DNA of 64,000 bases, taken from Novosphingobium sp. GTDB taxonomy: Bacteria; Pseudomonadota; Alphaproteobacteria; Sphingomonadales; Sphingomonadaceae. The notes below the pieces were generated by a model. That model saw only the letters and a program-made list of their open reading frames with translations, was not told the origin of the DNA and ran no database searches. Shown here in pieces: positions 37,674-46,512 of this stretch; within the stretch, counting starts at the first letter, position 1, and each line of letters starts with the position of its first letter. The stretch spans positions 4,320 to 68,319 of the forward strand of contig JASGGH010000004.1 in assembly GCA_047605105.1 (NCBI GenBank), written 5' to 3'. Position numbers and translations under genes: made by a program.

Positions 37674-39662
37674 ATGACTGATACGGATACCGCCACCCAA
37701 GAACCAGTCTACGTCACCGAGGCGCTGATCGCCGAGGACATCGACGCATACCTGGACCAGCACCAGCACAAGACGATGCTGCGCTTCATCACCTGCGGGT
37801 CGGTGGACGACGGCAAGTCGACCCTGATCGGCCGTCTGCTCTACGATTCGAAGATGATCTTCGAGGACCAACTCGACGCGCTGCAGAACGATTCCAAGAA
37901 GGTCGGCACGCAAGGGCAGGACATCGACTTCGCGCTGCTGGTCGACGGCCTCGCCGCCGAGCGCGAGCAGGGCATCACGATCGACGTCGCCTACCGCTTC
38001 TTCAACACCGAGAAGCGCAAGTTCATCGTCGCCGACTGCCCGGGCCACGAGCAGTACACCCGCAACATGGTGACCGGCGCCTCGACCGCCGACCTCGCCT
38101 GCATCCTGATCGACGCGCGCAAGGGCGTGCTCGTCCAGACCCGCCGGCACTCGTACCTGTGCCACCTGATCGGCATCAAGAACCTGGTCCTCGCGGTCAA
38201 CAAGATGGACCTGGTCGACTACAGCCAGGAAGTCTTCGACAAGATCGTCGCCGACTATGCCGAGTTCGCGCAGTCGATCGGCATCGAGAGCTTCACCGCC
38301 ATGCCGATCTCGGGCTTCAAGGGCGACAACATCACCGGCCCGTCCGAAAACACCCCCTGGTACAAGGGCCCGAACCTGGTCGAGCATCTCGAAACCGTCG
38401 AGGTCAACTCGGCGCGCGATGCGGAAAAGCCGTTCCGCATGCCGGTGCAGTGGGTCAACCGCCCGAACCTGTATTTCCGCGGCTTCTCGGGCCTGATCGC
38501 CACGGGCAGCGTCAAGGTCGGCGATGCGGTGCGCGTCCTGCCCTCGGGCAAGACCTCGACCGTCTCGAAGATCGCGGCCATGGGCCAGTCGATCGCGCTG
38601 CCCAGCGCCAAGGACCTGACCACCGAGGAATACCTCGAGCACATCACCGGCCAGGACACGGCGGTTGCGGGCGAGTCCGTCACGATCTGCTTCGCCGACG
38701 AGATCGACTGCTCGCGCGGCGACGTGATCGCACTGGCGGACAATCCGCCCCAGGCCGCCGACCAGTTCGAGAGCACCATCGTCTGGCTCAACGACGAGCC
38801 GCTGCACGTCGGCCGCGCCTATTGGCTCAAGCTCGGTACGCAGATGGTCTCGGCGACGGTCCACGCGCCGAAGTACACGGTCAACGTCAACACGATGGAG
38901 CACGTCGCGGCCAAGACGCTCGAATTGAACGCCATCGGCGTCGCCGAGTTGACCACCGACAAGCCGATCGTCTTCGAAGCCTACGAAGACAACCGCACGC
39001 TCGGCGGCTATATCCTGATCGACAAGATCACCAATGCGACCGTCGCAGCCGGCATGCTGAACTTCAGCCTGCGCCGCGCGTCGAACGTTCACTGGCAGGC
39101 GCTCGACATCAGCCGCGATGCGCACTCGAACCTCAAGAACCAGAAGCCCGCCGTGCTGTGGTTCACCGGGCTCTCGGGTTCGGGCAAGTCGACCATCGCC
39201 AACCTGGTCGAGAAGAAGCTGCACCGGATGAACCGGCACACCTTCCTGCTCGACGGCGACAACGTGCGCCACGGGCTCAACAAGGACCTGGGCTTCACCG
39301 AGGCCGACCGCATCGAGAACATCCGCCGCGTCGGCGAGGTGGCCAAGCTGATGGCCGACGCGGGCCTGATCGTGATCACCGCCTTCATCTCGCCGTTCAA
39401 GGCCGAGCGCGAGATGGTCCGGGCGATGCTGCCCGAGGGCGAGTTCGTCGAGGTGTTCATCGACACCCCGCTGAGCGTGGCCGAGGAACGCGACGTGAAG
39501 GGCCTCTACAAGAAGGCGCGGTCGGGCGATCTCAAGAACTTCACCGGCATCGACAGCCCCTACGAGGCGCCGACGAGCCCCGAGATCCGCGTCGACACGA
39601 CCAAGGTCACGCCCGAACAGGCGGCCCAGGCCATCGTCGATCAGTTGCTCGGCGACGCGTGA
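37674..39662 (+). CDS. cysNC: Bifunctional sulfate adenylyltransferase subunit 1 / APS kinase
   Basis: [23 protein letters not shown]-domain; [22 protein letters not shown] kinase domain. Confidence 0.97.
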   Translation: MTDTDTATQEPVYVTEALIAEDIDAYLDQHQHKTMLRFITCGSVDDGKSTLIGRLLYDSKMIFEDQLDALQNDSKKVGTQGQDIDFALLVDGLAAEREQGITIDVAYRFFNTEKRKFIVADCPGHEQYTRNMVTGASTADLACILIDARKGVLVQTRRHSYLCHLIGIKNLVLAVNKMDLVDYSQEVFDKIVADYAEFAQSIGIESFTAMPISGFKGDNITGPSENTPWYKGPNLVEHLETVEVNSARDAEKPFRMPVQWVNRPNLYFRGFSGLIATGSVKVGDAVRVLPSGKTSTVSKIAAMGQSIALPSAKDLTTEEYLEHITGQDTAVAGESVTICFADEIDCSRGDVIALADNPPQAADQFESTIVWLNDEPLHVGRAYWLKLGTQMVSATVHAPKYTVNVNTMEHVAAKTLELNAIGVAELTTDKPIVFEAYEDNRTLGGYILIDKITNATVAAGMLNFSLRRASNVHWQALDISRDAHSNLKNQKPAVLWFTGLSGSGKSTIANLVEKKLHRMNRHTFLLDGDNVRHGLNKDLGFTEADRIENIRRVGEVAKLMADAGLIVITAFISPFKAEREMVRAMLPEGEFVEVFIDTPLSVAEERDVKGLYKKARSGDLKNFTGIDSPYEAPTSPEIRVDTTKVTPEQAAQAIVDQLLGDA

Positions 39663-39669
39663 ACCTAAA

Positions 39670-39821
39670 CCTCCTCTCCCCGCCGGGGAGAGGAGCGAGA
39701 CTTGCCAGCTTGCTGGCTAGTCGCAGCGGAGAGGGGCCGCGCATGACCGCTACCCTCTCCAACTTCGGCTAGGCGCTCAGGCGCCAAGCCTCCGTATCCT
39801 CTCCCCGCCGGGGAGAGGAGG
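39670..39821. repeat. REP/MITE-like element
   Basis: Two copies of the palindromic CCTCTCCCCGCCGGGGAGAGGAG flanking internal hairpins. Confidence 0.8.
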
Positions 39822-39837
39822 GGAATGAGGATACGAT

Positions 39838-40575
39838 ATGTCCATGACCGACGCCGAACTCGCCGCCCATCTCGCCGAAGTCGCCGGCAAGCTGCTGATC
39901 CAGGTGCGCGAGGCGGGGGTCTTCTCCGCCAAGCCGCTCGGCAAGGCGGGGGATGCCACGGCCAACCAGTTCCTCTGCCATGCGATCGCCGAGCAGCGGC
40001 CCGATGACGGCCTGCTGTCGGAAGAGAGCAAGGACACCGAGGAGCGCCTCGGCAAGAGCCGGGTATGGATCGTCGATCCGGTCGACGGCACGCGCGAATA
40101 CGGCGAAGCGCGGACCGACTGGGCGGTGCATGTTGCCCTGGCGATCGACGGCGTGCCCGCGATCGGCGCGGTGGCGCTGCCCGGCCTCGGCGTGGTGCTG
40201 CGCACCGACCGGCCGGGCACGGTGCCGCCGGCGCCCGAGGTCCTGCGCATGGTCGTCAGCCGGACCCGTCCCGCCAAGGAAGCCACCGACGTCGCCGAGC
40301 GGCTCGGGGCGGAGCTGGTGCCGATGGGCTCGGCCGGGGCCAAGGCCATGGCGATCGTCCGCGGCGAGGCCGACATCTACCTCCATTCGGGTGGTCAGTA
40401 CGAATGGGACAGCTGCGCCCCCGCGGCGGTCGCGGCGGCCTATGGCCTGCACATCTCGCGGATCGACGGCAGCCCGCTCGTCTACAACCAGCGCGACGTC
40501 TACATGCCCGACCTGCTGATCTGTCGGAAGGAGCATGCCGCGCGGGTACTCGAGGAAGTGCGCCAACTCGCATAG
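39838..40575 (+). CDS. cysQ: 3'(2'),5'-bisphosphate nucleotidase
   Basis: LSEE, WIVDPVDGTRE, MGSAGAK, EWDSCA; follows cysNC. Confidence 0.93.
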   Translation: MSMTDAELAAHLAEVAGKLLIQVREAGVFSAKPLGKAGDATANQFLCHAIAEQRPDDGLLSEESKDTEERLGKSRVWIVDPVDGTREYGEARTDWAVHVALAIDGVPAIGAVALPGLGVVLRTDRPGTVPPAPEVLRMVVSRTRPAKEATDVAERLGAELVPMGSAGAKAMAIVRGEADIYLHSGGQYEWDSCAPAAVAAAYGLHISRIDGSPLVYNQRDVYMPDLLICRKEHAARVLEEVRQLA

Positions 40576-40597
40576 AGTCCGATCCACTGACGCGGCA

Positions 40598-40679
40598 GCG
40601 GTGCCGACTCACTCTCCCGTCCCGGCCGCCCATCGGATAGGCTGCCGGGTGGCCGGCCCGGGGGGGGAGTCGGTGCCGC
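40598..40679 (+). other. Long rod-like RNA hairpin in the cysQ 3' region (candidate structured RNA)
   Basis: GCGGUGCCGACUC/GAGUCGGUGCCGC outer stem plus inner stems, with several G-U pairs that form only on the + strand. Confidence 0.4.
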
Positions 40680-40752
40680 CGGCTGTTTCAGCGAAGCTCC
40701 AGCAAGTCGGCGCAAAGTTCCGGGAAGGAACCGGCAATTGACTGAACGGAAA

Positions 40753-40782
40753 GACCGGGGACAGCCCCGGTTTTTTGTTTTT
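40753..40782 (+). terminator. Rho-independent terminator
   Basis: ACCGGGG-ACAG-CCCCGGT followed by a T tract. Confidence 0.8.
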
Positions 40783-40995
40783 GTCCGACCTTCCCGTATT
40801 TCCAGGTATCCAGGCCGTACCGAAAAAGTGGTGTGACGCGATTCCCACAACCGCTCCGCCAAGTTGGCCGAGAACCTCATTCTCACTCCCTTTGAGCCGC
40901 TGCCTTGCTAGATATGATACAGGCTGACGCAATAGCGCGGCCGGGAGGGCTTCATACAAGGCCGGAGGATCGGCCAGGAGCGAGAGGAAATAGAT

Positions 40996-43329
40996 ATGCG
41001 TCGTATCGGCAAGCTGGCATTCGCGGGCGCAAGCCTGCTGGCGTTTGCAACCCCCCTACATGCCCAGGACACCGCCCCGCAGAACACCGGTGCGAACGCT
41101 TCGGCGGACAGCGACGAGATCATCGTCCAGGCCCGCCGGCGTTCGGAGAGCGTGCAGGACGTGCCGCTGACCGTCAGCGCCGTGACCAGCGAGCAGCTCA
41201 CCAAGCTCAACATCCGCGATTTCAAGGACGTCGCCTCGGTCGTGCCGGGGCTTTCGCTCAAGCCCGCCGCCGACGGCATCGCGCCGAGCGCCACGCTGCG
41301 CGGCGTGAACTACGACGTCAACAACAGCGGCAGCAACGCCACCGTCCAGTTCTACATGAACGACGCGCCGATCGCTGCCGGCTTCATGCTGCAATCGATG
41401 TTCGACGTCGGCCAGATCGAAGTCCTGCGCGGGCCGCAGGGCACCCTGCGCGGCATCGCCTCCCCGTCCGGGTCGATCACCCTGACCACCCGCCGCCCCG
41501 ACATGGAACGGTTCGGCGGATATGCCGAAGGCACGGTCAATACGATCGGCGGCTACAACATCAACGCGGCGCTCAACGTGCCGCTCATCAAGGACGTCCT
41601 GGCGGTTCGCATCGCCGGCATCGTCAACGGCGACGAGGGCACGCGGGTGCGCAGCATCAACAGTTCGGTCGAGCCGAGCACGCGGTCGTGGGGCGAGCGG
41701 GTGACGGTCAAGTTCACGCCGACCGACACGATCGACATCATCGGCAGCTACCAGCACATGCTGGTCAAGAGCACCTTCTTCGACCAGGTCGAATCCGCGA
41801 ACCTGGCGCTGGGCTTGCCGGTGGTGGGCACGCTCGTTCAGGCGGAGAGCCGCCTGGCGGTCGAGGATGCTCCGCGCAGTTCCCGCATCAACTACAACAT
41901 CTACAACATCCAGGCCGAATGGCGCGTGGCGGGCCAGAAGCTGAACTACGTCGGCGGGTGGTCCGATCAGGACATTGTGAGCCAATATCAGGACGACGTC
42001 GGCAACGTGTTCGACAACACCTTTCCCACCGCGCTGCAGAATTACGGCCAGTCCACGCATACCCAGTCGCAGCAGCAGTCGCACGAACTGCGGCTGTCGT
42101 CCGACGAGCGGCTGTTCGGCTTCCTCGACTATGTCGTGGGCGGCATGATCAACCGGCAGAACGCGCCCACCGACCTGCTGTTCAATACGCCCATCTTCAC
42201 CAGCGCGCCGCCGACGGGGGCCGGCTTCTACGGGTTCAACGTCACCCCGTCGCAGGTGCGCGGCCGGGCGCTCGAGCGGTCCATCTTCGGCAACCTGACC
42301 GCGCATATCGGCGACAAGACCGAGCTTTCGGGCGGCATTCGCTACATCCACTTCAACAACCAGAGCAACCTCACCGGAACTTCCGATTTCCATGCCACGG
42401 TCTATTCGGCATCGCTCAAGCATCGCTTCAACGAGAACATCATGGCCTATGCGAGCTTCGGCAGCTCCTGGCGCGTGGGCTCGGGCACGAACGCGATCAT
42501 CCTCGCGGCCTCGGGCAACTTCGGCTATACCGACGCGGCGCTGGCGGCGATCCTTCAGCCGACGCCGGAAACCTCCAAGTCCTACGAGGCCGGCGTCAAG
42601 ACCGACTGGCTGGACCGGCGCCTGCGCCTGAACGTCACCTATTTCCACCAGACCTTCAGCAACTACATCTTCTCTTCGCCGGTCGTCCTGTTCCAGGCCT
42701 ACGATCCGACAACGCTGACCTATACGCCGGGCCTGACGCGCGCGGGCCTTTCGGTGGGCGTGCCGGTGAAGGTCGACGGGGTCGAGGCCGAGTTCAGCTT
42801 CGCCCCTTCGCGCAACTTCAACATCGGCGGTACGGTGAGCTATGCGCTGGGCAAGATCTCCAACGGCCTGGTGCCGTGCTCGGGCACGGCCCTGCCGACT
42901 CCGCCCCAGCAGATCAATTTCTGCCCGGCCAACCAACGCTCGAGCTTGAACTCTCCGTTCAACGCCACCGTGCAGGCCGAATACAACCACGACTTCGCCG
43001 AGAGCCTGAACGGCTTCCTGCGCGGGCAACTGGTCTATTCGGGGAACTCGCAGGTCGATCCCACCAACCCCTATGACGATGTGGCAGCCTATGGGCTGCT
43101 GAACCTGTTCCTCGGCGTGCGCGACCGGGACGGGGGCTGGGAAGTGATGGCCTACGGCAAGAACATCACCGATACGACCCGTGTGCTGACCCGCGATGCC
43201 ACGGCGAAGCTGACGACCTATGCCACCTTCACCGGGGGCGCCGCATTGACCTCCAACTATCGCGGCGTGACCACCACGGCCCCGCGCGAGTTCGGTTTGA
43301 CCGCGAGGATCGCCTTCGGCTCGCGCTAG
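40996..43329 (+). CDS. TonB-dependent receptor
   Basis: Signal peptide, EIIVQARRRSESVQDVP, IEVLRGPQGTL plug motif, PREFGLTARIAF end. Confidence 0.95.
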   Translation: MRRIGKLAFAGASLLAFATPLHAQDTAPQNTGANASADSDEIIVQARRRSESVQDVPLTVSAVTSEQLTKLNIRDFKDVASVVPGLSLKPAADGIAPSATLRGVNYDVNNSGSNATVQFYMNDAPIAAGFMLQSMFDVGQIEVLRGPQGTLRGIASPSGSITLTTRRPDMERFGGYAEGTVNTIGGYNINAALNVPLIKDVLAVRIAGIVNGDEGTRVRSINSSVEPSTRSWGERVTVKFTPTDTIDIIGSYQHMLVKSTFFDQVESANLALGLPVVGTLVQAESRLAVEDAPRSSRINYNIYNIQAEWRVAGQKLNYVGGWSDQDIVSQYQDDVGNVFDNTFPTALQNYGQSTHTQSQQQSHELRLSSDERLFGFLDYVVGGMINRQNAPTDLLFNTPIFTSAPPTGAGFYGFNVTPSQVRGRALERSIFGNLTAHIGDKTELSGGIRYIHFNNQSNLTGTSDFHATVYSASLKHRFNENIMAYASFGSSWRVGSGTNAIILAASGNFGYTDAALAAILQPTPETSKSYEAGVKTDWLDRRLRLNVTYFHQTFSNYIFSSPVVLFQAYDPTTLTYTPGLTRAGLSVGVPVKVDGVEAEFSFAPSRNFNIGGTVSYALGKISNGLVPCSGTALPTPPQQINFCPANQRSSLNSPFNATVQAEYNHDFAESLNGFLRGQLVYSGNSQVDPTNPYDDVAAYGLLNLFLGVRDRDGGWEVMAYGKNITDTTRVLTRDATAKLTTYATFTGGAALTSNYRGVTTTAPREFGLTARIAFGSR

Positions 43330-43351
43330 ACGACGGATAACTGATTGATCG

Positions 43352-43387
43352 AGCGGCCGGGAGGAAATTCCCGGCCGCTTTTTCTTT
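43352..43387 (+). terminator. Rho-independent terminator
   Basis: AGCGGCCGGGA-GGAAAT-TCCCGGCCGCT followed by TTTT. Confidence 0.85.
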
Positions 43388-43578
43388 GATCTGCCCGGCC
43401 GGATGGGGCGTCGCCCCTGTGACACAATCGACACACTTTTGCGATATTTCCCGAAACGGCGTGTGGGAACAAGGTTCCCTCTATCGCTCGAACTGGTTCA
43501 TGCTACGAATGGATACAAGCTGCGGACCAAGTCTGCGGAAAAACAGGTATGGCCATCACGGCCTGGGGAGGATTATCT

Positions 43579-46275
43579 ATGCGTTCATTGGGTAAGCTTG
43601 CGTTCGCGGGTGTGAGCCTGCTGGCGATTTCGGCGCCGGCTTTCGCACAGGCGGGTGATGCGCCGGCCGACGAGGCTGCTGCCGGCGAAGACCAGACCAT
43701 CACCGTCATCGGCACGCTGATCCGCGGCACTCAGGCAGTCGGTTCGCAGACCATCAGCGTCGATCAGGCCGCGATCACCGAAAAGGGCGCCGGCACGACC
43801 AACGAACTGCTCAGCGCGATCCCGCAACTGGCCGGGTCGTTCAACGGCCGGTTCGAAATCGATCCTCAAGGTTTCAACACCGGCACCAATTCGGTCAACA
43901 AGCCGAACCTGCGCAGCCTGCCGTCCGGAGGATCGGGCGCCACGACCCTGGTGCTGATGGATGGCATGCGGCTGACCCCGGTCGGGGTGAACGATGCCGC
44001 AGTCGACGTCGATATCATTCCGTCGAACGTGCTGGCAGGCATCGACGCCGTTACCGATGGCGGATCGTCGCTTTACGGTGCGGACGCGGTCGGCGGCGTG
44101 CTCAACTTCCGCACCATGCGCAAGTATGAAGGCCTCAAGCTCGACTTCAATTATGGCTTCGGCACCAAGGTCACCAGCTATCACACTTGGGATGGCTCGA
44201 TCATGGCCGGGCATAGCTGGTCGACGGGCAATGCCTATGTGTCGGTCAGCCACTATGACCGTTCGCAAGTCCTGGGTGGTGACGTGCCCTGGTCGTCGGG
44301 CCTGACTTACAGCGCTGCCAACCCTAACGGCGTCTACGCCAGCACCCAGTGCATCAATCCGGTCGGCAGCACTATCAAGTACACCTATTACGCCCCCGCA
44401 GGCGTTTGGACCGACAGTACGCAGTTGGGGGGGGGGCGGACTCCGGTTGGCACCGCTTGCGATCAGGTGGCGTCCGGTACGTATAGTCCTGAGACGAAGC
44501 GCACCAATGTCTTCGCTTCTCTTACGCAGGACTTTTCCGACAGCGTTTCGCTGCGCGTGACGGGGTATTGGGCCAAGCGCCGGATGTATTTCGCGCACTA
44601 TCCGGTCGGCGCATCGACCGCTGATGCTGCGGCTCCCACCGGCACGGGGTATGCTTTCGAACAACGCACGGTGCAGGGCGGCACGGGCTTTTCGTTCGGC
44701 GCCAATGCCGCCTACGTGAACCGGGACAATGTCGTCGGCTTCGAAACGTGGGGGATCACTCCCGAGCTGACGGTCAAGCTTGGCTCCGCTTGGCAGGTCC
44801 GCGCTTCGATGCACTATGGCCGGTCGTTCAACGACAATCGTTTCCAGGCGGTCGATACGACCAAGGTCACGAGCTATATCAATTCGGGTCAGCTGGATCC
44901 GCTCAACGTCGCTGCGGCCAGTGCCGCGGTGATCAGCGACATAACCAATTTCGAGACTGCGAATGACACGAAGCAAGCCATGTTCCTGGCGCGCGTGGTT
45001 GCCGATGGGCCGCTGTTCTCGATAGCTGCCGGTGACGTGAAGTTGGCGGTGGGTGCCGAATACCAGTGGAACCAGGCTGAAGTCCGAAGCCAACTCGGCA
45101 CGGTGGGCTCGATCGACAGCCTTGCGTACACCAGCAAATCACGCAATGCGAAGTCGCTCTTCGCGGAACTGCAGATACCCTTGTTCTCGGTGCTCGATTT
45201 CAGCGCCTCGGGCAGGTACGACAGCTACAGTGACTTCGGCTCGACGTTCAATCCGAACCTCGGCTTGACGTTCAAGCCGGCGCCTTGGCTGAAGATCTTC
45301 GGCCACTGGAATACGTCCTATAACGCGCCGACGGTGATCGATAGCATTGGCCTCGGGTCCGGTCGCTTGGCCTGCGGGATCTACACGGTCGGCGGCACCC
45401 CGGGCACGAACCAGCGCCCCACCGACCCGCTGGGCCGAGACAATCTGCAGGGCACCTGTGCCTTGATCCTGAGCGGTGGCCGTCCCGAGGGCCTCAAGCC
45501 GCAGACGGCAAAGACTGCTGCGATCGGTTTCGATGCAACGCCGCTGCCCGGCTTGAACTTCGGTGCTGAACTCTACACCGTGAGCTTCAATAACGTGATC
45601 GGTTCTTTGAATCCCGCTAATACGAACACTTACGTCACCAATCCTAATCTTTATATCTACAACGGGGAGTATACCCAGGCTCAGTATGAAGCTCTCTTGA
45701 CGCAGCTGGGCAATGGTACTGCTATCGCTACCCAGCAGTCTTTGATGTCCAATATCGCGCTTATCGTCGATATGCGGACTTCCAACCTGAACTCCGCCAA
45801 GATCAGCGGCGTCGACTTCCATGTGAACTACGACATGGATGCGAGCTTCGGCCACCTGAGCTTCGGGGTCAACGGGAACGTGCCGACGCGCGCGCTGATC
45901 ACCAATAGCGGGGCAACCACCAATGAGATTGGCCACCTCAACCCGTCGTGGACCCTTTCCAACTTCGTTGGCTGGAGCAAGAACCGGTGGTCGGCGAAGG
46001 TGACCGTCAATATGAGCGGGCCTTTCGATGGCGCTTCGGCGAACTATCTGGGCGTGTATGAGCCGACAGGCATCTTTACCATGACCAACCTGTTCATCGG
46101 ATATTCGATCAAGGACTCGTCGGGGCCGCTTAACGGCACCTCCTTCCGTCTCAATATCGACAATCTGTTTGATGCCGAACCGCAGCGGATCAAGTTGTCC
46201 AGCACCAACTTCCCAAGCTACATGAACTGGACGTTGGGCCGGGTGATCAAGCTGGGCGTGACCAAGGAGTTCTGA
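43579..46275 (+). CDS. TonB-dependent receptor
   Basis: TITVIGTLIRG, DGGSSLYGADAVGGV, GRYDSYSDFG, C-terminal GVTKEF. Confidence 0.95.
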   Translation: MRSLGKLAFAGVSLLAISAPAFAQAGDAPADEAAAGEDQTITVIGTLIRGTQAVGSQTISVDQAAITEKGAGTTNELLSAIPQLAGSFNGRFEIDPQGFNTGTNSVNKPNLRSLPSGGSGATTLVLMDGMRLTPVGVNDAAVDVDIIPSNVLAGIDAVTDGGSSLYGADAVGGVLNFRTMRKYEGLKLDFNYGFGTKVTSYHTWDGSIMAGHSWSTGNAYVSVSHYDRSQVLGGDVPWSSGLTYSAANPNGVYASTQCINPVGSTIKYTYYAPAGVWTDSTQLGGGRTPVGTACDQVASGTYSPETKRTNVFASLTQDFSDSVSLRVTGYWAKRRMYFAHYPVGASTADAAAPTGTGYAFEQRTVQGGTGFSFGANAAYVNRDNVVGFETWGITPELTVKLGSAWQVRASMHYGRSFNDNRFQAVDTTKVTSYINSGQLDPLNVAAASAAVISDITNFETANDTKQAMFLARVVADGPLFSIAAGDVKLAVGAEYQWNQAEVRSQLGTVGSIDSLAYTSKSRNAKSLFAELQIPLFSVLDFSASGRYDSYSDFGSTFNPNLGLTFKPAPWLKIFGHWNTSYNAPTVIDSIGLGSGRLACGIYTVGGTPGTNQRPTDPLGRDNLQGTCALILSGGRPEGLKPQTAKTAAIGFDATPLPGLNFGAELYTVSFNNVIGSLNPANTNTYVTNPNLYIYNGEYTQAQYEALLTQLGNGTAIATQQSLMSNIALIVDMRTSNLNSAKISGVDFHVNYDMDASFGHLSFGVNGNVPTRALITNSGATTNEIGHLNPSWTLSNFVGWSKNRWSAKVTVNMSGPFDGASANYLGVYEPTGIFTMTNLFIGYSIKDSSGPLNGTSFRLNIDNLFDAEPQRIKLSSTNFPSYMNWTLGRVIKLGVTKEF

Positions 46276-46294
46276 TCCTTCGGAACCGAGCAAG

Positions 46295-46327
46295 AAGCGG
46301 CCGGGAGGAAACTCCCGGCCGCTTTTT
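46295..46327 (+). terminator. Rho-independent terminator
   Basis: AAGCGGCCGGGAG-GAAA-CTCCCGGCCGCTTTTT. Confidence 0.85.
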
Positions 46328-46512
46328 CGTGCCAGGTCGCTCCGGCACTCCTTCGGCCTGTTACCACATTCCGGCAGAAATTCCGCGGTGCGGACCGGTA
46401 ATTTGCAGAATTCGCTAGTAATGCCATCTGTGCGTGATACAAATCGCCTTGGGACAACCCGCCATGGGGCGGGAAACACATCAGGCAATAGTGCCTTGGG
46501 GGGGATATATCT

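Noticed and set aside
40667-40676. GAGTCGGTGC, identical to the 3' end of the Cas9 tracrRNA scaffold
   Set aside because: A 10-nt coincidence; no cas genes or CRISPR array in the window
40710-40740. GTTCCGGGAAGGAAC resembling the SRP RNA domain IV
   Set aside because: It lacks the conserved CAGG...GGAA...AGCAG internal-loop pattern
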